Positions 28,225-37,182 of a stretch of 64,000 nucleotides of DNA are shown here, piece after piece (positions within the stretch are counted from its first letter, which is position 1; each line of letters begins with the position of its first letter). The stretch is from an uncultured Candidatus Cloacimonadota bacterium (GTDB lineage Bacteria > Cloacimonadota > Cloacimonadia > Cloacimonadales > TCS61). Where the stretch lies: NCBI GenBank assembly GCA_964604155.1, contig CAZRXY010000117.1:3945-67944 (forward strand). Direction: 5' to 3'. A program made the translations under genes and the position numbers. Below the pieces are notes generated by a model. The model was given only the letters and a program-made list of their open reading frames with translations, was not told the origin of the DNA and did no database searches.

Positions 28225-28977
28225 ATGATGCAAGTAATAGCAACCAGACCAAAATCTTTAACAGACCTTAATTTCACATATTGTCCCGGATGTCTGCACG
28301 GAGTAGCTCACAGATTAATAGCAGAGGCGATGGATGAATTGGGGATGCGTAATAAAATGATGGGCGTAGCTCCGGTAGGCTGCTCGGTTTTTGCCTATAA
28401 ATTTTTCAATTGCGATATGCAGGAAGCTGCACATGGCAGAGCCCCTGCTTTGGCGACGGGGATGAAGCGTGCCCGTCCAGATATGCATGTATTCACCTAT
28501 CAGGGTGATGGTGATCTGGCAGCGATAGGAACCGCGGAGATAGTACATGCGGCAAATCGTGGAGAGCACATCACGGTATTTTTTGTAAATAATGCAATTT
28601 ATGGCATGACTGGCGGGCAGATGGCGCCTACCACATTGCCGGGGATGAAGACAACCACATCACCATATGGCAGGGATGTAGATGATATAGGCTATCCGAT
28701 CAGGGTATGTGAATTACTCAATTCTCTCAAATCGCCCTATTTTATTGAGCGAGTAAGCCTTTTATCACCGGCAGAGATCATGAAGGCAAAAAAAGCGGTA
28801 CTTAAAGCGATGCAATACAACAAAGAGGAGCGAGGATTCACTTTTGTAGAATTTGTATCCACCTGTCCCACGAATTGGGGATTTGATGCACTGGAAGCCA
28901 GGGACTGGGCACGTGAGAAAATGTTGCCATATTTTAAGGTGCAGAATTTTCGTGATAAAGGGATAGAGGAGGTATAG
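28225..28977 (+). CDS. 2-oxoacid:ferredoxin oxidoreductase beta (TPP-binding) subunit
   Basis: YCPGCLHG, APVGCS, HGRAPA, YQGDGD, NNAIYGMTGGQMAPT, STCPTNWG. Confidence 0.92.
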   Translation: MMQVIATRPKSLTDLNFTYCPGCLHGVAHRLIAEAMDELGMRNKMMGVAPVGCSVFAYKFFNCDMQEAAHGRAPALATGMKRARPDMHVFTYQGDGDLAAIGTAEIVHAANRGEHITVFFVNNAIYGMTGGQMAPTTLPGMKTTTSPYGRDVDDIGYPIRVCELLNSLKSPYFIERVSLLSPAEIMKAKKAVLKAMQYNKEERGFTFVEFVSTCPTNWGFDALEARDWAREKMLPYFKVQNFRDKGIEEV

Positions 28978-28978
28978 A

Positions 28979-29515
28979 ATGAAGGCTGAAATGATATGTG
29001 CAGGATTTGGTGGACAGGGAGCTTTGACGATTGGAAAATTTATTGTGAAAGCTGGAATGGATGAAGGGAAAAATGTATCATGGCTGCCATCTTATGGTCC
29101 AGAGATGCGAGGTGGAACTGCCAATGTGGCGGCAGTTGTTTCCGATAAGCCTGTAGGTTCTCCGGTGATTTCTCATCCTGATATTGTGGTAGCTCTCAAT
29201 CAGCCTTCCATAGATAAGTTTTGCCCGATGCTCAAACCGGGTGGACTCTTGATTTATAACGAGGATATGTGTCCTCATGGAACAGACCGAGATGATATTA
29301 CGATTATAAGTGCGCCGATGACTTCAATAGCGAAGGAGATAGGCAATCTTAAAGTGGCAAACATGGTAGCAATTGGCATGATCATAGGCAAAACGGGGCT
29401 GGTAAAAAAAGAGACCATGCTATCTGCTATAGAGCCCCTTAAGAAAAAAGCACCGGATTTGTATGCTTTAAATTTAACAGCCATAGATAAGGGTTGTGAA
29501 ATCGGGGAAAAATAA
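28979..29515 (+). CDS. 2-oxoacid:ferredoxin oxidoreductase gamma subunit
   Basis: AGFGGQG, PSYGPEMRGGTA, ANMVAIG. Confidence 0.92.
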   Translation: MKAEMICAGFGGQGALTIGKFIVKAGMDEGKNVSWLPSYGPEMRGGTANVAAVVSDKPVGSPVISHPDIVVALNQPSIDKFCPMLKPGGLLIYNEDMCPHGTDRDDITIISAPMTSIAKEIGNLKVANMVAIGMIIGKTGLVKKETMLSAIEPLKKKAPDLYALNLTAIDKGCEIGEK

Positions 29516-29529
29516 TTAATTGATATTTG

Positions 29530-29561
29530 GGGGTAGTTATAGCAGGAGCTTATACTACCCC
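29530..29561. other. Intergenic hairpin without U-tract
   Basis: GGGGTAGT...ACTACCCC stem between the vor genes and the lipoprotein trio; followed by a purine-rich RBS region, not T's. Confidence 0.6.
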
Positions 29562-29579
29562 TGAAAGAAAGGAGGAGTA

Positions 29580-30188
29580 ATGAAAAGAATAATTCACTTT
29601 ACTTTCGTAGTGATAGCGTTGATAATTTTAGCCGGTTGTGCTTCAACCGGTCCACAGGTGACGCGGTTGAGTGACGATGAGATTCCTGATCTATCAGGAA
29701 GATGGAATGCCAATGACAGTAGAGACGTATCCAGGCAGATGATCATGAGTATGCTGTCATCCCCCTGGTTAACAAGTTTTCATTCAAATGAAGATAGACC
29801 TCCCCGCATCATCTTAGGCAGAATAGAAAATCTATCCAGTGAGCATATAGAGACGGGTGTTTTTATGAAAGACATAGAGCGTGAGATCACTAATAGTGGC
29901 AAAGCCAGATTTGTATCATCGAGTGATGATCGTCGGATGCTGCGTGAAGAGCGCTTAGATCAGCAGGGCTATGCTTCAGATGAGACCGTGAAGGCACTGG
30001 CGATGGAAAGTGCCGCAGATTTCATGCTGATGGGGAGCATTAAATCTATGCGTGACGCAGTAGGTGGAAAAGAGGTCATGGTTTATCAGGTGGATTTGGA
30101 ATTGGTAAATATAGAAACCAATGAAAAGGTCTGGTTAGAGACATTGCCGAAAAATAAGATGATCTATCGTAAGAAAGCCAGATTTTGA
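29580..30188 (+). CDS. LpoB-like (penicillin-binding protein activator family) lipoprotein
   Basis: Lipobox LAGC, DLSGRWNAND, ENLSSEHI, ADFMLMGSI, YQVDLELVNIETNEKVW. Confidence 0.8.
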   Translation: MKRIIHFTFVVIALIILAGCASTGPQVTRLSDDEIPDLSGRWNANDSRDVSRQMIMSMLSSPWLTSFHSNEDRPPRIILGRIENLSSEHIETGVFMKDIEREITNSGKARFVSSSDDRRMLREERLDQQGYASDETVKALAMESAADFMLMGSIKSMRDAVGGKEVMVYQVDLELVNIETNEKVWLETLPKNKMIYRKKARF

Positions 30189-30190
30189 CC

Positions 30191-31585
30191 ATGAAACATT
30201 GTTCTGTCTGCTTATCAGTATTTCTGGCAGTTTTATTTATAGTAGGCTGCTCGTATGTATCTACTAATAATAAATTTTTTGAGGAAACATCCCTGAAAGC
30301 CTATAATGGCAATTATCAAGGAGCAATAGCATCGGTAACGGGAGCTAAAGAAAGTATCTACAAATTCAAAGACCGGGTGATGTATTACCTTGATCTGGGG
30401 ATGCTTTACCACTATAGTGGCGATTATGCCAAAAGCAATGAGATGCTTACTGCGGCAGAGGAAGCAATTTATGAGCTTTTTACAAAAAGTGTTTCCAAAG
30501 CGGCTTTATCTCTTCTTTTAAATGATAATACGCTGGATTACGGGGGTGAAGATTACGAAGATATTTACCTTAATGTATTTAAGGCACTCAATTACATCAA
30601 GCTAAAAGATAGCGATGCAGCATTTGTGGAAGTGAGAAAAGTAAATGACAAACTGGCGGAACTGGAAGACAAATATTCCGATCTCAGTAAGAAGATGAAT
30701 TCATCTAAGGATGCAGCGATAACCTTAAAGCCTGGAGACACCAAATTTCATAATTCTGCCTTAGCTCGTTATATCAGTCTTTTATTGTATAGAGATAAAA
30801 AGCGGTGGGATGATGTCCGCATAGATTCTGAGAAGTTTGCCGAAGCCTGGCTAATGCAATCGGGTGTGTATAATTTTGCCAGACCTGATCTATCTGAGAG
30901 CTTAGACAGGGCTGCTGAGGGGAGATTAAATATCCTTAGCTTCACGGGTAGATCACCGGCAAAAAGAGCTCGGACTCTCTGGATACGCACATTTAAGGAT
31001 CACATATTTATTGGTACCAGCCGTGAAAGCCTTTCTGGAGAAAAAGTGACAAATTATCTGGATATGTATTACTGGAAAGATATACCCGATAATCTCTTTT
31101 TTAAATTTCAATTTCCTGTGATGGAAAGTCGCAAATCTGAGGTGTACAGCATAAAAGTGCAAATAGACGGCAAGGTCTATGAGCCGGCATTAGTGGAAAG
31201 TATCGATAATGTGGCAACTTCTACCTTTGAGATAAAAAAGGATATGATTTATCTGAAAACCATAATCAGGACAGTAACAAAGGGATTACTATCCAAGCAG
31301 GGAAAAGATAAGATAGATGAGCAGGTAGGAGATGAGTTTTTATCTTCGCTTTTAAATCTGGGGGCAGATCTGGCAATATCCGCAACTGAGCAGGCAGATT
31401 TAAGGGTATCACATTATTTTCCCAAACTTGCCCATATCAGCGAAATCCATCTAACACCTGGGCCTCACGACGTAAATATAAGTTATTATAATAAGTATGG
31501 CAATATAATATATAAAGAAGATCTTGGTATAATAAACATAGAAAAAGACCGCCTGAATCTGGTGGAATCTTTCTGTTTGCAATAG
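30191..31585 (+). CDS. COG3014-like TPR lipoprotein
   Basis: Lipobox IVGC, YYLDLGML, NDNTLDYGGEDYE, ALNY...AFVEVRK, EQADLR..YFP. Confidence 0.7.
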   Translation: MKHCSVCLSVFLAVLFIVGCSYVSTNNKFFEETSLKAYNGNYQGAIASVTGAKESIYKFKDRVMYYLDLGMLYHYSGDYAKSNEMLTAAEEAIYELFTKSVSKAALSLLLNDNTLDYGGEDYEDIYLNVFKALNYIKLKDSDAAFVEVRKVNDKLAELEDKYSDLSKKMNSSKDAAITLKPGDTKFHNSALARYISLLLYRDKKRWDDVRIDSEKFAEAWLMQSGVYNFARPDLSESLDRAAEGRLNILSFTGRSPAKRARTLWIRTFKDHIFIGTSRESLSGEKVTNYLDMYYWKDIPDNLFFKFQFPVMESRKSEVYSIKVQIDGKVYEPALVESIDNVATSTFEIKKDMIYLKTIIRTVTKGLLSKQGKDKIDEQVGDEFLSSLLNLGADLAISATEQADLRVSHYFPKLAHISEIHLTPGPHDVNISYYNKYGNIIYKEDLGIINIEKDRLNLVESFCLQ

Positions 31586-31594
31586 AGGTGAATT

Positions 31595-32632
31595 ATGAAA
31601 AGAATATTGATATTATTTATCCTTGTGACATTTCTGGCTGCGTGCAGTGGAAATAAAGGATTAGTAAGGGGGGCAAGACCTGCCTGGCTGGATAATGCGG
31701 AGATAAGATATCCGGGTAACACCTATATATCTGCCGTAGGCAGCGGTTTTTCTCGTGCTGATGCTGAGAAAGATGCAGCAGCAAGGTTATCGCGTATTTT
31801 CCGCACAGAAATTCAGGCAACTGAAAGCATGCAAAAGAGATATGAAGAACTCACGCGGGGTAAAGAGAGCTTTATTGAAGATTTTGCCGCTTCCGAAAAG
31901 AATGTTACTCTAAGTTCGCGGGAATCTCTTATCAACCTTCAATATGGTGAATCATATACCGATAATAACGCCAGAGTGCATATCCTGGCTTATATGAACC
32001 GTTTTGAGACCGGCAGTATATATGAAGAAATGATAACAGCCAATGACAAGCAAGTACTTTATTATTTGGAAAAGAGCCAGGGATATAGTGATCCTCTTGA
32101 TAAATATGCCTATAGTGGAGCAGCAATTGCCATAGCTGAGCGTAAACAGGATTTTTTGCGACAATATCGCATAATTTCACCGGAAATGAGCTCGATGTAT
32201 GAACCGCCTTATGACATGACAGATTTGAAGAATCTACATATAAAAAATGCCCGTAAGATTACTTTTACCATAGATATCAAAGGTGATGATGCAGGTAGAG
32301 TGAATAATATCCTCAATCGCCTGATTACTTCGGAGGGGTTTCAAACTGCTTCTGATGGCGGGTATATAATAATGGCTGGTTCAATAAACATGAATCCCAC
32401 AGATTTGGCAAGAGCAGACGGTACAGTGTTTTACCGTTGGGAATTAAATCTGGAACTTAAAAAACCTGATGGCTTGACCATTTTAAGCTTAAATCCTTCC
32501 GGCAGGTCTGGCTCTATATCGGATGAAGAAGCGAAGTCACGTGCTTATATAGACATAGAAAAGAGCCTTGATAAAAATCTCTTAAAAAATATTAATGCCT
32601 GGTTTGATAATATTGTAATATCCGGCAAATAA
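31595..32632 (+). CDS. LPP20-family lipoprotein
   Basis: Lipobox LAAC, RPAWL...YISAVGSG...AEKDA.ARLS. Confidence 0.75.
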   Translation: MKRILILFILVTFLAACSGNKGLVRGARPAWLDNAEIRYPGNTYISAVGSGFSRADAEKDAAARLSRIFRTEIQATESMQKRYEELTRGKESFIEDFAASEKNVTLSSRESLINLQYGESYTDNNARVHILAYMNRFETGSIYEEMITANDKQVLYYLEKSQGYSDPLDKYAYSGAAIAIAERKQDFLRQYRIISPEMSSMYEPPYDMTDLKNLHIKNARKITFTIDIKGDDAGRVNNILNRLITSEGFQTASDGGYIIMAGSINMNPTDLARADGTVFYRWELNLELKKPDGLTILSLNPSGRSGSISDEEAKSRAYIDIEKSLDKNLLKNINAWFDNIVISGK

Positions 32633-32685
32633 TTATATTCAGCAGCAGTCTCTGATCCCTAATACTACACATTATATAATTATTT

Positions 32686-33393
32686 TTAGGCATCGATGAT
32701 CTCTCGAAGGTCTCTAACTGCCTGACTGAGTCCTGAGAAGATGGATCGAGCTACAAATGCGTAGCCAATGCGAAACTCATTGATTTCTTTAATTGCAGCC
32801 AGGTCTCTTATATTTTTGTAATCCAAGCCATGTCCTACGGCACAATGCAATTTTGCTTCATGAACAAATTCGGCAGATTTTCTAATATTATTTAGTTCTT
32901 TATTTTTTTCTGCAAGAGAAGTGATCATGGTATAATTTCCGATGCAAATCTCTATAGCCTGAATATCTAATTTAAGAGCTTGCTTAATCTGCAGGGGGTC
33001 TGGTTCTATCAGCAGGCAGATTCGGGTGCCATTTTCCCTGAGTCCGGCAATAGTGTCCTGCAGGTTTCTATTAAGTTTTAAGCCGGACTGCATGAGATTA
33101 CCTTCCTGAAAGGCAGGAATAATAGTATAAAGATCGGGTTGGTATTTCTGGGCTAAAGTGAGGCAATCCTGCCTGTTTGGTATTTCCAGGTTCAATTCGG
33201 TCTGTACGATTTGTCTCAGAAGTTTGATATCGCGGGGTTGCACGGAGACCTGTTCGGTTCTAAGCCGTACAGATATACCATCAGCGCCATTAAGTTCGCA
33301 AATAACAGCCGCTGCTACAGGGTCTGGCTCCAGAGAATTCCTCAATTGCCTGAGACCTGCAATCCGATCTAATTTAATATTCAATTTACGCAT
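32686..33393 (-). CDS. pdxJ: Divergent pyridoxine 5'-phosphate synthase (PdxJ) homologue
   Basis: PDPV, GADGI, NLE, IEI, GHGLDY.N and IG..AR scaffold match PdxJ, but several active-site residues are substituted (see findings). Confidence 0.75.
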   Translation of the reverse strand: MRKLNIKLDRIAGLRQLRNSLEPDPVAAAVICELNGADGISVRLRTEQVSVQPRDIKLLRQIVQTELNLEIPNRQDCLTLAQKYQPDLYTIIPAFQEGNLMQSGLKLNRNLQDTIAGLRENGTRICLLIEPDPLQIKQALKLDIQAIEICIGNYTMITSLAEKNKELNNIRKSAEFVHEAKLHCAVGHGLDYKNIRDLAAIKEINEFRIGYAFVARSIFSGLSQAVRDLREIIDA

Positions 33394-33545
33394 ATTTAGA
33401 CACTCCTTAAGCGGAATAAAAATCTATGTAGCTATTATCTGTAAAGTCAAAAAGATTAAATTTAATATTTCTCAAGAAACTGCCTGTAATCAGTTTTTGG
33501 CAAGTTACCGGCGCTATGTAGTTAAGTGATATGAGCTTAGAGGGA

Positions 33546-34394
33546 CTAGGTGTTATCGGATTGAATATATTCAATATGAGCTTTCTCTCTTAATTCATTC
33601 AGATATTTTTCCACGTTCAATTCCTGCATAATATCTTTGTGATAATCACTCAAAAAATCTCGCACTTCATCAAATTTCAGCAACTTTGAAGGTATAATTT
33701 CGGTTACCAGTAAAATATGGTGACCATATTCGGTATTGATCACATCACTAATTTCACCAGTTTTTAATTTAAAGGCAACTTCATCGAGTTCGGGAATAAG
33801 TTCACCAGGCAGAAGATAGCCCAGATCGCCATTTTGGATGGAGCTTGGGCAACTTGAGGCAAAAGAAACGTATTTATAAAAATCTTCGGGAGAGAGAATC
33901 TCTTTTCGCAGCTCTTGGGCGCATGCACGGGATTCTTCGCTGTTTCCTTCAATCAAGATGTGGCTTAATCTGATTTTTTTATCAGTGGTAAATAATTCAC
34001 TATTTGTTTCGTAGAATATCTTAAGTTTTTCCTCGCAGGAATCATCTTTACACTCAAATTTGCCAGCTAGAAATTTACCCACCCTCACGTGCATCTCGAG
34101 TCTTTCTCTCAGTTCTGCTTCGGTTATCTCAACTTCTTTAAGCTTGGAGAAATAATTTTCTTTATCACTGAAATATGAGAGAAAGCTAACGAGTGCTTCG
34201 TCAACCTCATTTTCCTGCACAAAAACACCGTCTTTTTCAGATTGTTGCAGGATAATAGCAGCATCAATCAAGTTCCTGAGAGCCCTTTTGTATAAGCTAT
34301 CCTGATCAAGGTTCTTGTACTTCAGGCTTATAAAATCTTTTTCTCTTCGCAATTGCTCTTTAGTGATCCTTACACCGTTTACTATAGCTACCAA
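33546..34394 (-). CDS. Parvulin-type peptidyl-prolyl isomerase (SurA-N plus PpiC), no signal peptide
   Basis: VAIVNG, SHILI, SSCPS..NGDLGY, GEISDVINTEYGHHI. TTG start after AAGGAG. Confidence 0.88.
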   Translation of the reverse strand: MVAIVNGVRITKEQLRREKDFISLKYKNLDQDSLYKRALRNLIDAAIILQQSEKDGVFVQENEVDEALVSFLSYFSDKENYFSKLKEVEITEAELRERLEMHVRVGKFLAGKFECKDDSCEEKLKIFYETNSELFTTDKKIRLSHILIEGNSEESRACAQELRKEILSPEDFYKYVSFASSCPSSIQNGDLGYLLPGELIPELDEVAFKLKTGEISDVINTEYGHHILLVTEIIPSKLLKFDEVRDFLSDYHKDIMQELNVEKYLNELREKAHIEYIQSDNT

Positions 34395-34405
34395 TTTTCA
34401 CTCCT

Positions 34406-35326
34406 TTAACTTAGAAATTTACTAATATTATCTCTTAACGTTGATAAGTTAAGGTCATTCATGGTCAATGTCAAATTGAATTCCTGCTTTCTATACCAGG
34501 TTAATTGTCTTTTTGCATAATTTCGGGTATGTTGTTTGGCAATATCGATTGCCTCCATATAAGAAATCACTCCATCAAGCCAGGGATAAAACTCTCTATA
34601 GCCGACAGTTATCATACCTGGATCATTTTGTTTGTAGCCCCTATCCAAAAGAGATCTGATTTCTCCAATCAATCCCATATTCAGCATTTCATCAATTCGG
34701 GTTGAGATTTTATTATAGATAAATTCTCTATCAGCGGTCAATAAAATATTCAAGCAATCATAATTTGGATTAGATATCGTTTCCTGCCAGTATGAGGAAA
34801 GAGGTTTTCCACTGCTTTCATAGACTTCGAGGGCTCTCTGTTGGCGGTGCAGATCATTTTTCTCGATACGCAAAGCAGAAACAGGATCTACCTTCTGCAG
34901 ATAATTATAGATAGTAGCATGATCGGATTTATGGATAAATTCTGCAATTTTTTGCTGAGCTTTTTTAGTGACCGGTGGGACAGGTGCCAGTCCTTTGATG
35001 AGTGAATTGATATAGAATCCGGTGCCGCCTGCAATAAAAATCGGTTTATTACGTTGGTGGATTTCTCTAATGCAGTTAGCGGCATCTCTGCGAAATTGTC
35101 CGGCGCTGTATTTTTGATCCGGATTGATAATATCTATCAGATGATAGCTGTAATTTCTGAGAGTATTCTTATCAGGTTTGGCAGTTCCGATATCCAGGTA
35201 GCGATAGACTTGTCGTGAATCAGCGGAGATGATTTCAGCGTCAAATTCTGCCGCCATCTCTTCTGCTATAGAGCTTTTACCAATTCCTGTAGCTCCTTGA
35301 AAAATTACCAGTTTAACCTTTTCCAT
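34406..35326 (-). CDS. miaA: tRNA dimethylallyltransferase
   Basis: GATGIGKS, ISADSRQVY..LDIGTAKP, GGTGFY, TRNYAKRQLTW. Confidence 0.96.
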   Translation of the reverse strand: MEKVKLVIFQGATGIGKSSIAEEMAAEFDAEIISADSRQVYRYLDIGTAKPDKNTLRNYSYHLIDIINPDQKYSAGQFRRDAANCIREIHQRNKPIFIAGGTGFYINSLIKGLAPVPPVTKKAQQKIAEFIHKSDHATIYNYLQKVDPVSALRIEKNDLHRQQRALEVYESSGKPLSSYWQETISNPNYDCLNILLTADREFIYNKISTRIDEMLNMGLIGEIRSLLDRGYKQNDPGMITVGYREFYPWLDGVISYMEAIDIAKQHTRNYAKRQLTWYRKQEFNLTLTMNDLNLSTLRDNISKFLS

Positions 35327-37176
35327 CAGCTTTCAATGCGTTTAAATCTTTTTTCAAATTCAGTTACAGTTAATTTTATGATAGCCGGTCTTCCATGTGG
35401 ACAAAAGAAAGGCACTTCGCAGGCAAAGAGATCATTGATAAGCGAAAGCATCTCGCGGCGTGACAATTTTTTTCCGGCTTTGATTGCTGATTTGCAGGCT
35501 ACAGACTTAGACATACTGTCTCTAAAATCCTGGGTTTCTGAGAGTTCATCAGATAGATGCCTTATAATATCCAGGAACACCTCTCCCCCATCCCAGTTCT
35601 CTAATTCTGCCGGGATTTCATCTATCACAATAGAATTATTGCTGAAAGTTTTAATTTTAAAACCAACTTTTTCAAATTCTGAGATGTTTTCTTCTACAAG
35701 CTGAGGGACAGTAGTCTTCATATATGGTGGTAGTTCCAGAACAAGCGGAAAGAGAAGTTTTTGGCTTTGGGCAGGGGCACCATGAAGTCTCTGGATAATT
35801 TTTTCATAAACCACCCGTTCGTGCGCGGCATGCTGGTCTATCACGAGCACGCCATCTTCAGTTTGAACAAATATATAGCTTTGGTGCAATTGCCAGGGGT
35901 TAACGATTTCCTCTTCGCGGGGCAAAAGGTCTCTGCGGTTACGCACAATGCTTTCATCCTGCATCTCATGCAATAGTTTTTCATCATCAGTTCTTTCGCC
36001 TTTAAAAAGATCAGGCTGATACACATCCTGAAGATCTTTTCGCAGGTCTTCATAGCGTTTTTTATCTGTTTTTTTACTAAAAATCCTGTTCTCAAAATCG
36101 TCAAACCCGCCTTCTTCGGAGGTTGTCTGGCGAAGGCGTCTTTTAATTTCGCTGTATTTTGCTTCTTCATAAGCCAGGAGTTTGCTTGTGAGCACGCTTT
36201 TAATAAATTGATGAACGATCTGAGGGTCTCGAAACCTGATTTCCAGTTTGGCAGGATGAACGTTGTAATCCACTGATGAGGGGTCTATTTCCAGAAACAG
36301 GATATAGGGAGGTAATTTTCCCTGCTGGAACATACGGAATTTTTTTATGAAGGGGTCATAAGCACTATTAATGCTGTGGGTAACAATCCGGTCTTTGATA
36401 TATCTGCCATTCACAAAAACGTAGTGTTGATCATAGATAGCTTCCTGTTCTTCCAGTCCGCTGATATAACCATATAGATGTAAACCATTGCGGCTTTCAT
36501 CCACCTTCATTCTATTACTACTAAAAAATCGTTTACCTAATACCAGCTTAATGCGGGATTCCTGGTTTTTCACGCCCGGGTAGTTTAATTTTTCATTATC
36601 ATTAACAATAAGCCTGATAGATAATTCATAATGAACTATTGATTGATAATGGATATACTGCAGAATGTGCCTGAATTCCACAGGGTCAGTTTTCAGGAAC
36701 TTCTTTCTGGCAGGGATATTTGAGAATAGCTGCCTTACTTCGACCGAAGTTCCGGGATTGGCGGAGACTTTGCAGACGTTAGAGAGCTTTCCTCCTTTAA
36801 ATTCCACTTGCGTTGCCAGTTCTGAATCTCTATCGCGGGTTGTCATGACCAGATGACTTACCGAAGCAATACTGGGTAGTGCTTCTCCTCGGAATCCAAG
36901 GGTCTGGATGCTGAAGATATCTCCCACAGTTCTAATTTTGCTGGTGGCATGACGTTCAAAAGCCGTTAAGGCATCATCCTCAGTCATTCCTATGCCGTTA
37001 TCAATAATTTTTATAAGTTTTTTCCCGCCATTCTCGATGAATATACAGATTTCGGTGGCACCCGAATCTATGGCATTTTCCACTAATTCTTTTACAACCG
37101 AAGCAGGTCTTTCTATCACTTCACCGGCTGCAATTCTATTACTAACTTCTTCAGATAAAATCCGGATTTTTCCCAT
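35326..37176 (-). CDS. mutL: DNA mismatch repair endonuclease MutL
   Basis: IAAGEVIERPASVVKELVENAID, GFRGEAL, DQHAAHER, ACKSA, CPHGRP. Confidence 0.97.
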   Translation of the reverse strand: MGKIRILSEEVSNRIAAGEVIERPASVVKELVENAIDSGATEICIFIENGGKKLIKIIDNGIGMTEDDALTAFERHATSKIRTVGDIFSIQTLGFRGEALPSIASVSHLVMTTRDRDSELATQVEFKGGKLSNVCKVSANPGTSVEVRQLFSNIPARKKFLKTDPVEFRHILQYIHYQSIVHYELSIRLIVNDNEKLNYPGVKNQESRIKLVLGKRFFSSNRMKVDESRNGLHLYGYISGLEEQEAIYDQHYVFVNGRYIKDRIVTHSINSAYDPFIKKFRMFQQGKLPPYILFLEIDPSSVDYNVHPAKLEIRFRDPQIVHQFIKSVLTSKLLAYEEAKYSEIKRRLRQTTSEEGGFDDFENRIFSKKTDKKRYEDLRKDLQDVYQPDLFKGERTDDEKLLHEMQDESIVRNRRDLLPREEEIVNPWQLHQSYIFVQTEDGVLVIDQHAAHERVVYEKIIQRLHGAPAQSQKLLFPLVLELPPYMKTTVPQLVEENISEFEKVGFKIKTFSNNSIVIDEIPAELENWDGGEVFLDIIRHLSDELSETQDFRDSMSKSVACKSAIKAGKKLSRREMLSLINDLFACEVPFFCPHGRPAIIKLTVTEFEKRFKRIES

Positions 37177-37182
37177 AAATAT

